A stretch of DNA of 64,000 nt from an uncultured Eubacteriales bacterium (GTDB taxonomy: Bacteria > Bacillota > Clostridia > Oscillospirales > Acutalibacteraceae): positions 38,900 through 102,899 of the forward strand of contig CAZRRV010000001.1 of the NCBI GenBank assembly GCA_964602735.1, in the 5' to 3' direction. Of the stretch, positions 1-9,462 are shown piece after piece. The stretch's first letter is position 1, and every line of letters starts with the position of its first letter. Below the pieces are notes generated by a model. It was given only the letters and a program-made list of their open reading frames with translations, searched no databases and was not told the origin of the DNA. The position numbers were made by a program, and so were the translations under genes.

Positions 1-1058
1 CATTTCCCGCTGCCCGAGGCAGTGAGCCGTTTTACGAGACCCGCCGTCTGTATCGACAGTATTTCATTCGCGCGTTCTTTCTTTTGATCGCCGCCGTCGG
101 GGACAAAAGGCGTTTTCGGGTAACGCCTTGTGAAGTATTTCAAGTCAAGGTTCGGCACATCTCCGCAGTCTATTGTTTCATATTGCGCGTCCGTTTCCGC
201 TCCGCAGTCGGCAAAGCAGGTGTTGCCGGCGCGCAGGGAGTTGAGCTTTTTTAAGTCGATATCGGCGTAGATTATTTCGCTGTCGTCCGAAAAGCGGCGG
301 CTTTCAGCTAAAATCGCGCCGTTTTCCGCAATAAACGAGGAGCCGCCGAACACAAGATCGGTAGTTGATTCGCCCGTGCCGGCTCCGGAGTAAGCGTAGG
401 CGCAAATGCACCGCGCGCTTTGCCCTTTGATTAAATCGCGGCGGTAATCGTTTTTTGTAACATATTCGTTGCTTGCCGAAAGATTAAGTATCAGATTGGC
501 GCCTTCAACCGCCATGTACGAACTCGGCGGTATCGCTACCCACAAATCCTCGCAAAGTTCAATGCCCGCCGTACAGTCGCTGTTCAGCTTAAACAGTATA
601 TTACCGAACGGTACCTGTTCGCCGCAAACCGATATTGTCTTAAATTCGCGGCTCCCGCCTCTTGCGAACCACCGTTTTTCGTAAAATTCATTGTAATTTG
701 CGGGGTATCTTTTCGGTACGGCGCCCAGAATTTTCCCCCCGCAAACGAGTACGGCGGCATTGTACAGTGCCGTGCCGAATTTAATCGGCAGTCCTACCGC
801 GACGGGAAAGTCGTAACCGGCCGTAAAGTCTTTTACCTCCGCAAGCGCGTCTTCACAGGCTTGCAGCAATTTATCCTGAAAAAACAAGTCCCCACAGGTA
901 TAGCCGCAAAGCGAAAGTTCGGGGGTTACAAGAATATTTGCACCGTTTTGCGCCGCTGCCTCGATAACCTCTTTAATCTGTTCGAGATTATAATCCACAT
1001 CCGCAACCTTCAACTTCGGTACGGCGGCGGCAATTTTCATAAACCCGAAATCATTCAT
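1..1058 (-). CDS. nadE: Glutamine-dependent NAD+ synthase, N-terminal ~352 codons; the 3' end lies beyond the window start
   Basis: My own minus-strand translation from the ATG at 1058 gives MNDFGFMKIAAAVPKLKVADVDYNLEQIKEVIEAAAQNGANILVTPELSLCGYTCGDLFF...GIELCEDLW...PFVPDGG...EILSIQTAGLVKRL. This is the typical CN-hydrolase domain and linker of NadE. It is missing from the ORF track because it has no stop in the window. Confidence 0.9.
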   Translation of the reverse strand, partial: MNDFGFMKIAAAVPKLKVADVDYNLEQIKEVIEAAAQNGANILVTPELSLCGYTCGDLFFQDKLLQACEDALAEVKDFTAGYDFPVAVGLPIKFGTALYNAAVLVCGGKILGAVPKRYPANYNEFYEKRWFARGGSREFKTISVCGEQVPFGNILFKLNSDCTAGIELCEDLWVAIPPSSYMAVEGANLILNLSASNEYVTKNDYRRDLIKGQSARCICAYAYSGAGTGESTTDLVFGGSSFIAENGAILAESRRFSDDSEIIYADIDLKKLNSLRAGNTCFADCGAETDAQYETIDCGDVPNLDLKYFTRRYPKTPFVPDGGDQKKERANEILSIQTAGLVKRLTASGSGK

Positions 1059-2244
1059 ATCTGCTTTCAACCTCCGGAGATAATGTTCCCGCGGTAATAT
1101 TTCTGAATACCGAAAGTCCCATGGCGATAAATGCCGCGGTGTTCAGCACGGCAAGCGCCGGCAACGGTATCGCCGTCGTTCCGAACAGATAAGAACTGTA
1201 TACAATCAAACTGGTCAGATTTATCGCTGCCGCCGACGGAATAAAGCGCTTATCGCCAATGGCAAGCGCGACGCTTAATACATCGACGGGATAAGCGTAC
1301 CTTTCGTGCATTGCCGGCAGTAACAGAACGCAACACCAGGCGCAGAGCACGGTAACGGAGAGAAAAAATGTTCCGCACAGTTTACGGCGGTTCCTGACCG
1401 CCAGACAGAATATAACTGCCAGTGCCGTAAAGCACAGGGCAATGGCGAAAATTTTCAGATTATCGTAATCGTCGCCCATAATTGCGTATAAACTCGGATA
1501 GTTCATATACATATACTGATATGTATCGGTTTGTGCGGCGTACACCCCCAGAATATCGAACAGCGATCGACCGGCAAATATCGCGGGCAGAGAAGTAATA
1601 ATAAATACCGCCGGAATTTGCAAAAAATGAAGCGCCGAAAATTTCTTTTCCTTAAAATAATAAATTATGAATATCGGGAGGAAAAAAATCGCCTGCAACT
1701 TGAATGAAAACGACAGCCCGTAGAGCCAGAATGCCGTCGCGAATTTACCTTTCAGCAGGAACCACAGCGACCAAACGGCAAACGCCGTGAAAATCGAATC
1801 GCATTGCCCCCATACCGAGGAATTTAATACAACCGTCGGAAGGCAAATCGCAATCAGGAACGCGAGAGACGCTTTCTCTTTTCTTTTACCGCGGCAGGTT
1901 TCGTAAGTAAGCGCCGCAATTCCTGCCGCCAGAATGAGATCGAAGACGCACGAAAGAAGTTTATATTGCGTTACGGGGTCAACGGGCAGATATGTCATTA
2001 CGGCGATGCAAAACAGATACGGAACGGTATAATTGCCCACCTGAACGGAAAGTGATTTTAACCCGCCGAGCTCTTTGATTTCGCGGAACCACGGCAGCAG
2101 GAATATTCTTAAGTCGCGGCTTACATATCCCCACCCGGAAACGCGCATCATTATGCCGAGAGCTATGCCGGCGGCAAATATCATTATCCAAAGATAGCGC
2201 CGTACCACGGCGGAAAATGTCTGTTCCGCTTTTGTAAGTTTCAA
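1051..2244 (-). CDS. Polytopic membrane protein, GT-C-fold glycosyl/mannosyltransferase-like (Gpi18/PIG-V-like)
   Basis: 397-aa ORF with many hydrophobic helices. The N-terminal stretch (SRDLRIFLLPWFREIKELGG...NYTVPYLF) resembles bacterial GT-C mannosyltransferase-like families. Its stop overlaps the nadE start by 8 nt (ATGAATGA). Confidence 0.55.
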   Translation of the reverse strand: MKLTKAEQTFSAVVRRYLWIMIFAAGIALGIMMRVSGWGYVSRDLRIFLLPWFREIKELGGLKSLSVQVGNYTVPYLFCIAVMTYLPVDPVTQYKLLSCVFDLILAAGIAALTYETCRGKRKEKASLAFLIAICLPTVVLNSSVWGQCDSIFTAFAVWSLWFLLKGKFATAFWLYGLSFSFKLQAIFFLPIFIIYYFKEKKFSALHFLQIPAVFIITSLPAIFAGRSLFDILGVYAAQTDTYQYMYMNYPSLYAIMGDDYDNLKIFAIALCFTALAVIFCLAVRNRRKLCGTFFLSVTVLCAWCCVLLLPAMHERYAYPVDVLSVALAIGDKRFIPSAAAINLTSLIVYSSYLFGTTAIPLPALAVLNTAAFIAMGLSVFRNITAGTLSPEVESRYE

Positions 2245-2275
2245 AAGATCCCTCGCTTTCTCGTTCCCGCTTTTT

Positions 2276-2304
2276 ATTATAACACCGCATTTTTACCGTT
2301 GCAA
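2276..2304 (-). promoter_or_regulatory. Sigma-70-type promoter for the membrane protein and nadE
   Basis: Read on the minus strand: TTGCAA (2304-2299), a 17-nt spacer, then TATAAT (2281-2276) preceded by TGT. It sits ~30 nt upstream of the ATG at 2244. Confidence 0.55.
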
Positions 2305-2331
2305 CAGCCGCGTTAAAAAGTTGCGCGGCTG
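2305..2331 (-). terminator. Hairpin at the end of the oxidoreductase operon; weak terminator with no clear U-tract
   Basis: CAGCCGCG (2305-2312) pairs with CGCGGCTG (2324-2331) across an 11-nt loop, 20 nt downstream of the stop at 2351. Confidence 0.35.
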
Positions 2332-2350
2332 CGTAGTGAAGAAATCCGTT

Positions 2351-3361
2351 TTACACCGAAACCCCGCAACTTTTAAGAACCGTTTTGTAAAGTTCAAGTT
2401 CGTAATCGTATGTATAGGGATTTTCTTTTTCACCGCGTACATAAGCGGCGAAGCCTTCCATCATCGCCGTATATCTTCCGAACGATTCGCTTTGTTGTGG
2501 CTCCGCGTAATTATGCCAGTCGGCGGAATAATATTCTTTTTTTACGGCGTATTGCTCGGAGGGCAAATCGAAATTCAAACGTTCAATCGGCTTGATTTCA
2601 ACGGTGCCTTTTGAGCCGACAACTACTATTTGTCTGCGGGCGAAACCGCCGTACTCTTCGGCATCCGTTTTTATTATCGAATAACCGTTATCGTATTCCA
2701 GCAGCGCAAGGCCGTAATCCTCGCCCGTCACACCGTCATCGCCGTTCGGACGGTTAAACGGAATTATTTTTTTCGGGAACCCGCGGAAGAGTACCGATAA
2801 ATCCACCAGATGGCAGCCCAGAAAAAACATTATTCCGCCGGGAAATGCGGAAAGCCACTGTCGGCGCTCCGGGGTGTGATAACAGTTCATTTGTGCCTCG
2901 AACCCGTGAATCGTACCGAGTTCACCGGCTTTTACCTTTCGCAGCAAATCGATAACATACGGGTTGTAGCGGTACATATATCCGAGATGCAGAACTTTGC
3001 CGTTCGATTTCTGCGTTTTAACAAGCGTCTCAAATTCCGCGAGCGACAAACCGCCCGGTTTATCCATATGAATGTGTTTTCCGGCATTCGCCGCGCGGCA
3101 CGCATAATTCGTAAGATTTATTTCCTCGGTTTCTATTGTAACCGCGTCGATACTCTCCGATGTTAAAATTTCATCGACGCTGAGTTCTTTCGACGACACA
3201 TAATACGAATTTTTCAATCGACGGTTGAATTTTTTCCGTTCTGTTTCGGGCACGGCATATCCCGCAACTTCGTAATTATCGTGTTGGGAGCAAATGTTTT
3301 GAAAAACCGCGCCCGCGTGATCGTGTCCTATTCCTATTTGTGCGATTCTGATTTTTTTCAT
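2351..3361 (-). CDS. Gfo/Idh/MocA family NAD(P)-dependent oxidoreductase
   Basis: The N-terminus MKKIRIAQIGIGHDHA is a Rossmann motif, and the length and C-terminal alpha/beta domain fit the family. Start chosen at the ATG at 3361, which shares one base with the upstream stop (TAATG). Confidence 0.8.
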   Translation of the reverse strand: MKKIRIAQIGIGHDHAGAVFQNICSQHDNYEVAGYAVPETERKKFNRRLKNSYYVSSKELSVDEILTSESIDAVTIETEEINLTNYACRAANAGKHIHMDKPGGLSLAEFETLVKTQKSNGKVLHLGYMYRYNPYVIDLLRKVKAGELGTIHGFEAQMNCYHTPERRQWLSAFPGGIMFFLGCHLVDLSVLFRGFPKKIIPFNRPNGDDGVTGEDYGLALLEYDNGYSIIKTDAEEYGGFARRQIVVVGSKGTVEIKPIERLNFDLPSEQYAVKKEYYSADWHNYAEPQQSESFGRYTAMMEGFAAYVRGEKENPYTYDYELELYKTVLKSCGVSV

Positions 3362-4392
3362 TATAACAGTCTCCAATCGAATTGAGTTACCGGGAAAGCG
3401 GGGTTTTCCGCCAGGCGTTTATAAACTTCGGTTGCCTCGGCGGGGGAATGCGTTTCGTCTGTCAGCGACTGTAAATTCAGTCTGCCGTAATCGGTAAGCT
3501 TTATAAGCGCTTTTACATCGTCCGCCTCCGTCCAGAAACCGGGTCGCGATTCCGCTTTGGGGCGGGCGGCGGTGTGCGCTCCTACGAGCGTTATTCCGGG
3601 CCCGTGAACTTTGCGATAGTAATCCACGGTAAAATCGGAATGTCTCGTGCATCCCAAAAGCGCCACTCTGCCGAATTTTGCCATGCAGTCGAGAACTCCG
3701 TTCAGCCCTCCGCCGTTCCCGGTTACTTCGACGGCGACATTAGCCCCTCCGCCTGTAATATTTTTTACCCGGTCGGCAAATTTTTTATCAAACGGATCCA
3801 GCGCGTAGTCTGCGCCGGACGCGAGCGCTTTTTCTCGTTTTTCCGGCACCGGATCAACGGCGATTACCGGTACGGCACCCGCCGTGCGCAACAACGGGAC
3901 GGCGCACAACCCGAGGATTCCGAGCCCCATAACAATCGCGCTTTCACCGGCCTCAAGGCTGCATTTGCGTATTGCGGCGAGCGGGAAAGATGAAATAAAC
4001 ATTAAGGCGCCGTTTTCAAACGAAACCGAATCCGGCAATTTGAATACACGGTCGGCTTTAATGTTTACCGTGCTGCTGTGTGTGCTCCATATAAGCGAGA
4101 CGCGATCTCCGGGTTTGACATTTTTCACGTTTTTTCCCGCTTCGACCACCGTTCCGGACGAACTGTACCCCGAGCGGCGGGGAAAATGCGCGACAGGGTC
4201 GTTTGAATATATACTTGTTGTAGCGTCTCCTATTAAATTTGCCCGCTCCGTACCGCTGCTGAGCGTTGATACCGCAAGGTTTACCTGTACCTCGTCATCT
4301 CCCGGTTCTGACAGTTCCTCCTCTAATAATTCGGCGCGGTCAGCTTCCGTGAACACAATGCTTTGCCTTTTCGTTCTTATCACCTTTTCCAT
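3361..4392 (-). CDS. MDR-superfamily (zinc-ADH-like) dehydrogenase
   Basis: GroES-like N-domain (PGDRVS...) followed by the Rossmann motif VMGLGILGLCAVPLL. The ATG at 4392 lies 5 nt after the upstream stop. The track's 4422 start is TTG and looks less likely. Confidence 0.75.
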   Translation of the reverse strand: MEKVIRTKRQSIVFTEADRAELLEEELSEPGDDEVQVNLAVSTLSSGTERANLIGDATTSIYSNDPVAHFPRRSGYSSSGTVVEAGKNVKNVKPGDRVSLIWSTHSSTVNIKADRVFKLPDSVSFENGALMFISSFPLAAIRKCSLEAGESAIVMGLGILGLCAVPLLRTAGAVPVIAVDPVPEKREKALASGADYALDPFDKKFADRVKNITGGGANVAVEVTGNGGGLNGVLDCMAKFGRVALLGCTRHSDFTVDYYRKVHGPGITLVGAHTAARPKAESRPGFWTEADDVKALIKLTDYGRLNLQSLTDETHSPAEATEVYKRLAENPAFPVTQFDWRLL

Positions 4393-4397
4393 CGATG

Positions 4398-5465
4398 TTA
4401 AAAGTCGTTGCGCTCGAACCAATCGTCTAATCTGCGGCTGTATTCGCGCGTTGTTTCATTTTCCGTCATGGATTTTACCCGGTTCGGATCGGCGGAAAGC
4501 TGCGATATTTCGTAAATCAAGCCGTCGCGAAAGCCGGTGAAGTCCTCACGGCGCATACCCGTAGCTTCCCGAACTTTGGTATTGTCAACCTCGCGGTCAA
4601 ACAAACGGTCGTAGTACAGAATGATTTTAGCGGCGTCGCTTCCGTCGGTACACAGCCGCAGATATTCCTCGGAATCAATCCAGGCGAATTTTATGCCCAG
4701 AACATCCGAGTAAATATCGGCGATCTGTTCCCAGGTGAGATTTTCGTCATTTCCTATAATGTAATCTTCGCCCGTTGTTTGAGGGTTGAGCGTCAGCCTC
4801 GCGATAAGTTTGCCCGCGTTGCCCGCCCATCCAACGGCGGCGGTTTTGTCGCGCGCGGCCGCAGGCAGCACAAGATTTTTACCCTCCGCCGCTCGTAAAA
4901 TAATCAGCCCCGTCGGCAGAGTTACCAAATCCAGACGAAAATGTGAAAATGAAATAAGCGGCCGCAGTATCGTACAGTTTTTATAACCCGATTCGCGTAT
5001 TATCCTCTCTTCAAATGATTTTGAAATTCCGTAACTGTCATGAGCGAGCAATCCCGTATTGCCGTAAACGTCAAGCAGCTGCGGAGAATTTTCACGTAGC
5101 GGATGTTCCTTGTCGGCATAAACGCGGTATGACGAAAGGAACAGCAAATGGTCGCAGTTTTCCGCCAAAATCGGCAGTCTCTTTTTATAATCATCCGGAT
5201 TGGAATAATGCAAAAAATCCACAACGGCGTCGAAGTGCGTTTTTGTAAGCACTCTGCAAAGTAAATCATCATCGACTTTTTCACGAATATATCGTAAATT
5301 CGCATTCAACGGTATATAATCTTCAAGCGCGATTACGGTTACATCGGCTCCCGCTTTAAGCAGTTGGAGACTTGTGTAACTCCCGAGCGTTCCTCCGCCC
5401 GCGATAAGCAGTACGCGGGGGGCGGAGAAACTTTGCCAGCCGGATAAACGAGTCACATTTACCAC
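4398..5465 (-). CDS. Extended-SDR NAD-dependent epimerase/dehydratase family protein
   Basis: Contains the glycine-rich motif LLIAGGGTLGSY and the Y-x-x-x-K motif (YGISK). GTG start 3 nt after the upstream stop. Confidence 0.75.
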   Translation of the reverse strand: MVNVTRLSGWQSFSAPRVLLIAGGGTLGSYTSLQLLKAGADVTVIALEDYIPLNANLRYIREKVDDDLLCRVLTKTHFDAVVDFLHYSNPDDYKKRLPILAENCDHLLFLSSYRVYADKEHPLRENSPQLLDVYGNTGLLAHDSYGISKSFEERIIRESGYKNCTILRPLISFSHFRLDLVTLPTGLIILRAAEGKNLVLPAAARDKTAAVGWAGNAGKLIARLTLNPQTTGEDYIIGNDENLTWEQIADIYSDVLGIKFAWIDSEEYLRLCTDGSDAAKIILYYDRLFDREVDNTKVREATGMRREDFTGFRDGLIYEISQLSADPNRVKSMTENETTREYSRRLDDWFERNDF

Positions 5466-5468
5466 ATC

Positions 5469-6143
5469 CTACACGATTTTGACTATCCCGTTGTGTCCGG
5501 GCAGAAAGTTCGGATCGTGAGATACAAGCGGGGTGTATTCGGAACGGGAATATTTGCGAATGAAATTTTCGCTTTTTTCGGGATTGCATGAGCTGCCCGT
5601 CGGTATTTTATTTTCAAGGCAAATCGGAGAATAAACTTCGTCGCCGGTTATTACATATTTCCCTACGCCGTTATCGACTGTGACAATGCATGAACCCTCC
5701 GAGTGGCCGCCTATTTTAATCGCGCGAATTCCATCGCAGATATCGCATTTCTCATCAAAAAGCCGGACATCGGTGCCGGGCGGTATATATTCACCTTTAA
5801 GGGCGGCATATTCGTCTTTCTGCATATAAACCGTCGCGCGGGGGAATTTTTTTACGGCCTGAACATGGTCGTGGTGACGGTGGGTAAGCACTATTTCGGT
5901 AATCGAGTCCGGCTGTATTCCGCCGCGCCGTAATACCTCATCGGGCGGAAGCATACAGCGCATATCCCAGCCGTCCATATACTCGCACCCCGCGTCTATT
6001 AAAATCAACCGTTCCGTCGTTTCGATAAGGAAAACCGTAAACGATATGGGAATTTTCCTTTCGGAATTATCCCCCGCGAACACCAGTTTCGCGGCTATAT
6101 CCGATTCGGCGTATTTTACCGCGTAAATTGATATACTGCTCAT
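5469..6143 (-). CDS. MBL-fold metallo-hydrolase, lactonase-like
   Basis: Carries the HxHxDH motif (THRHHDH) plus downstream His/Asp ligands. At 224 aa it is typical of AHL-lactonase-like MBL proteins. Confidence 0.75.
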   Translation of the reverse strand: MSSISIYAVKYAESDIAAKLVFAGDNSERKIPISFTVFLIETTERLILIDAGCEYMDGWDMRCMLPPDEVLRRGGIQPDSITEIVLTHRHHDHVQAVKKFPRATVYMQKDEYAALKGEYIPPGTDVRLFDEKCDICDGIRAIKIGGHSEGSCIVTVDNGVGKYVITGDEVYSPICLENKIPTGSSCNPEKSENFIRKYSRSEYTPLVSHDPNFLPGHNGIVKIV

Positions 6144-7126
6144 TATCCAACCGTAAGCACAACTTTGCCCACATTTTCCCCTCTGTAAAGAATTTCATGA
6201 GCTTTTTCGGCATCGGTAATCGGCATAACTTTATAAATTGTGGGCCGGACTTCGCCGCTCTCCACTTTCGGCCAGACATCGCGAACAAGGTTCGAAAGGA
6301 TCTGCGCCTTTACCTCCGGCGTGCGCGAACGCAATGTGCTTCCTACAATTCTCACATTGCGAACATAAATATTTTTCAGATCTATTTCGGTTTTAATACC
6401 CGCCAACGCGGCAATCATTATCCAGCGTGCTCCGCGGTTGAGATAATGGAGGCACTTTCCCATAACATCGCCGCCCAAACAGTCGATAGCCACATCGACG
6501 CCATGCCCGTTTTCGAGTTCTTCTTTCAGCGCCGCGGTAATATCTTCCCGCCCGGTTACAACGATTCTGTCGGCTTTCAGGCGAGTAATTTTTTCCGCGA
6601 TTGAATCGGTTAAAACCGTAGTGATCACCCTTGCGCCGAACGCTTTCGCCATCGGAATAACTACGCTTGCAAGGCCGCTTGCGCCTGCGTTCATCAGCAG
6701 AGTATCGCCGGGTTTAAGACCTCCCTCAATAAAAAGATTCAAATACGAGGTGGCGAACGCCTCCGGCATCGCCGCGGCCTCAACCACGGTTACTCCGCGC
6801 GGGATCGGCATAAGCATATCGTATTTCACATTAGCGTATTCGGCATAACCTCCGCCGCCGAGCAGAGCGCATACTTTATCGCCCGGCTTGAACGTCGACT
6901 TGGCTTTCGCCCCCTCGGACATTTCGACTATCGTTCCCGCGATTTCAAGTCCCATCCATTCCGGGCAACCGGGAGGCGGGGGATAGTCGCCCTCGCGCTG
7001 CATAAGATCCGCGCGATTGAGCGCAGCCGCCTCGATTTTAACAAGACAGTCGTCGAATCCCGGAACCGGATCGGGGACGGAATCCCAGCGTAAACTTTTA
7101 TCTTCGTTTATCAAAATCGCTTTCAT
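6143..7126 (-). CDS. NAD(P)H:quinone oxidoreductase, PIG3/zeta-crystallin-like MDR
   Basis: MKAILINEDKSLRWDSVPDPVPGFDDCLVKIEAAALNRADLMQREGDYPPPPG... is the characteristic PIG3-family N-terminus. The internal ATG at 7126 is preferred over the track start at 7213. Confidence 0.8.
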   Translation of the reverse strand: MKAILINEDKSLRWDSVPDPVPGFDDCLVKIEAAALNRADLMQREGDYPPPPGCPEWMGLEIAGTIVEMSEGAKAKSTFKPGDKVCALLGGGGYAEYANVKYDMLMPIPRGVTVVEAAAMPEAFATSYLNLFIEGGLKPGDTLLMNAGASGLASVVIPMAKAFGARVITTVLTDSIAEKITRLKADRIVVTGREDITAALKEELENGHGVDVAIDCLGGDVMGKCLHYLNRGARWIMIAALAGIKTEIDLKNIYVRNVRIVGSTLRSRTPEVKAQILSNLVRDVWPKVESGEVRPTIYKVMPITDAEKAHEILYRGENVGKVVLTVG

Positions 7127-7142
7127 TAACCTTTTCTTCTCC

Positions 7143-7889
7143 TCAGAGTTTTTTACGGCAACCGTCGATTTGAATGTTCTGCCCCGAAATATAGCCCGCT
7201 TCGTTGCTTGCAAGGTAACATATCAGGCTTGCATTTTCGTTGTCGGTGCCGGTCCTTCCGGCATATGACATCGCCGTTTCCTGAAAATAATCCATATCCG
7301 GATTTTCCGCGGGGCTTACGGTTCCGGGGGAAACGGCGTTTACCGTAACGCCGTCGGCGGCGACTTCCTTCGCCAGGGCGCGCGTCAGGGCAATCACGGC
7401 GCCTTTTGTGGCCGAATAATGCGACATACCGGCGTTCCCGTAAACCCCCGCTACGGAGGCGACATTTATAATCCTTCCGTAATTTTTTTCCGTCATACCC
7501 GGCAGAACGGCTCGCGTAAAGTAAACGGTTCCCATCACATTTACATCAAAGTACCGTTTCCATATATCCGCGGGTATTTCGGTGAATTTGAAATTTGATC
7601 GCCAGAGCGCGGCGTTGTTTACGAGTATATCCGTTTTGCCGAATGTTTTCTCGGTTATATTAACCGCGTCGCAAACTTCCGATTCGTTTGAAACATCGCA
7701 TTTTACGGTTATAACATTGCCTGCCGAACCGTCCGCTTCGCCTTTAACAAGTTCAAGCTTTTCGGTATTCACATCTATAATCGAAACATTCGCGCCGTTT
7801 TTCGCAAGCATGAGAGCAACGGCGCGTCCTATTCCCACGGCGCCGCCGGTTACTATCGCGGTTTTGCCGTTAAAGTTCAATCGCATCAT
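7143..7889 (-). CDS. Classical SDR oxidoreductase, FabG-like
   Basis: Has the TGGAVGIG cofactor motif, NNAA, and the catalytic S...YSATK. Overlaps the upstream gene by 20 nt. Confidence 0.85.
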   Translation of the reverse strand: MMRLNFNGKTAIVTGGAVGIGRAVALMLAKNGANVSIIDVNTEKLELVKGEADGSAGNVITVKCDVSNESEVCDAVNITEKTFGKTDILVNNAALWRSNFKFTEIPADIWKRYFDVNVMGTVYFTRAVLPGMTEKNYGRIINVASVAGVYGNAGMSHYSATKGAVIALTRALAKEVAADGVTVNAVSPGTVSPAENPDMDYFQETAMSYAGRTGTDNENASLICYLASNEAGYISGQNIQIDGCRKKL

Positions 7890-8643
7890 TTCGCAACAGC
7901 TCCAGAATAATTTTTTCGTCTTTTAACAGCGGTTGTAATTTCGACGCGCATTCATCGTATTCATGTACCGTAAGATACATGAAACAGCCGAGTTCGCCGC
8001 CTATTCTCCGCATAATGCCGCATTTTCCGGTGCTTAAAAAAAGGAACGGAATATTAAGCTCGTGTTTTAACATACGGATTATTTTAAGATTTTCGATTTC
8101 CTGCTCCTCGGTTTCGGCTCCGGTTACGATTTTGCATATATCCGCCCCGCGGCTTTGCTGTCCGAGCGCTATTTCCAAAACGCGTTCGGCGGGTGTGTAT
8201 TTCAGAATATGTGACGACATCAGCACTTTCGACCCTTTGCCGTGAACGGCTTCGATGAGTTTTTTCTGTTTTTCGACGGCATTCGGATTATCGGTAAACT
8301 CGCCCGGTTGCGGGTCGAAATAATCCCCCATTATATCGCATAAATCCGCTCCGCATTCTGCAAGGGAAAGCAGTTCGCGGGCAAGCATATTGTCGGTCTT
8401 CCCGGTGTTATTGCGATAGCGGTAGTTTGTTACATAAACGGGTTTGTCGCCCGTGCAATCGAACAGTTCGCGGTAGACATCCTCGCGTCTCTCTTCCGGA
8501 CATAAAACCTCGAATTGCATTCCGAACGCCTCGGCGCCTTCGTCGAGAGACGCCTTTACAAGTTCTTTAATCCGGCCGGCGTTTTTCGCCAGCACCATAA
8601 CCGTCAATAACGCGCGGCTGTTGCCGAAGAAACTGTTTTTCAT
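7870..8643 (-). CDS. Type I 3-dehydroquinate-dehydratase-like TIM-barrel protein (AroD-fold paralogue)
   Basis: Aligns by eye, from memory, with E. coli AroD. VLMSSHILKYTP matches VVMSNHDFHKTP (catalytic His), ADICKIV matches ADIPKIA (Schiff-base Lys), and LSTGKCGIMRRIGGELG matches MSMAKTGVISRLAGEVFG. Confidence 0.6.
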   Translation of the reverse strand: MKNSFFGNSRALLTVMVLAKNAGRIKELVKASLDEGAEAFGMQFEVLCPEERREDVYRELFDCTGDKPVYVTNYRYRNNTGKTDNMLARELLSLAECGADLCDIMGDYFDPQPGEFTDNPNAVEKQKKLIEAVHGKGSKVLMSSHILKYTPAERVLEIALGQQSRGADICKIVTGAETEEQEIENLKIIRMLKHELNIPFLFLSTGKCGIMRRIGGELGCFMYLTVHEYDECASKLQPLLKDEKIILELLRNDAIEL

Positions 8644-9440
8644 CTGTACCCCGGCCTTCCGAGGGCGTTCCGCCCGCCGTCGATCATAATATTTTCGCCG
8701 TCGATAAATTGCCCTTTAGGAGACGCGATATATAATATCAGATCGATTATTTCCTGCGGCTCCGCCGCCCGGTTGAGCATGGTTCGCATTTTCGCCATAT
8801 CGGCGCGGGTAAGCACAGGGCCGGGAGAAACGCAGACGCATCGTATGTTGTACTTTGCACCGAATTGCGCCACGGACTGTGTCAATCCGAACATCGCGCC
8901 GCTTTTGGCCGTGGGATAATCGACGCCGTAGCCCGAGCCTTCCATTCCGGTGATTGAGCCTATGTTTATGATAAGTCCCGAATTTTGCCGGCGCATATAA
9001 TAACAGGCGGCATGCGCGAAGTACATCTGAGCGCGCAGATTTACATCAAGCCCCCAGTCGTAAACGTCAATCGGCACATCCGGGAATTCGGGATATTTTT
9101 CTTTGTCGACATTAAGCACGCGGGTCGCGGTGCCTCCGGCAAAATTGCACACCATGTCAAGGGAGCCGAAAGTTTCCCAGGCGGTATCGCAGGCATGCCT
9201 GACCCGATCGTAATCCCGCACATCGCATAAAACCCCCAAAGCCCTGCCTTTGCCTTTCGCGTTGATCGCGTCTACGGCTTTGTTCAACGCACCTTCATTT
9301 ATATCGCACATCACCGCGTTGCCCCCGAGCGCCGCCCAGTTTTCCGAAAAACATAGCCCCATCCCGGACGCCGCGCCCGAGGCTATAGCGGTTTTCCCGG
9401 CGAAATTCAATTCTTCGCTGTTACAAGCCACATCAAACAC
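8640..9440 (-). CDS. Classical SDR oxidoreductase; first gene of the operon
   Basis: Has the glycine-rich motif ASGAASGMG and the catalytic S...YPTAK. RBS AAAGGGAG lies 6 nt upstream of the ATG. The stop overlaps the next start by 4 nt. Confidence 0.8.
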   Translation of the reverse strand: MFDVACNSEELNFAGKTAIASGAASGMGLCFSENWAALGGNAVMCDINEGALNKAVDAINAKGKGRALGVLCDVRDYDRVRHACDTAWETFGSLDMVCNFAGGTATRVLNVDKEKYPEFPDVPIDVYDWGLDVNLRAQMYFAHAACYYMRRQNSGLIINIGSITGMEGSGYGVDYPTAKSGAMFGLTQSVAQFGAKYNIRCVCVSPGPVLTRADMAKMRTMLNRAAEPQEIIDLILYIASPKGQFIDGENIMIDGGRNALGRPGYR

Positions 9441-9462
9441 TCCCTTTCTTTATGACGAACTT

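Noticed and set aside
469-1097. Plus-strand ORFs 469-684 and 861-1097 at the window start.
   Set aside because: They are antisense to the clearly coding minus-strand nadE reading frame, which is absent from the track only because it is truncated by the window edge.
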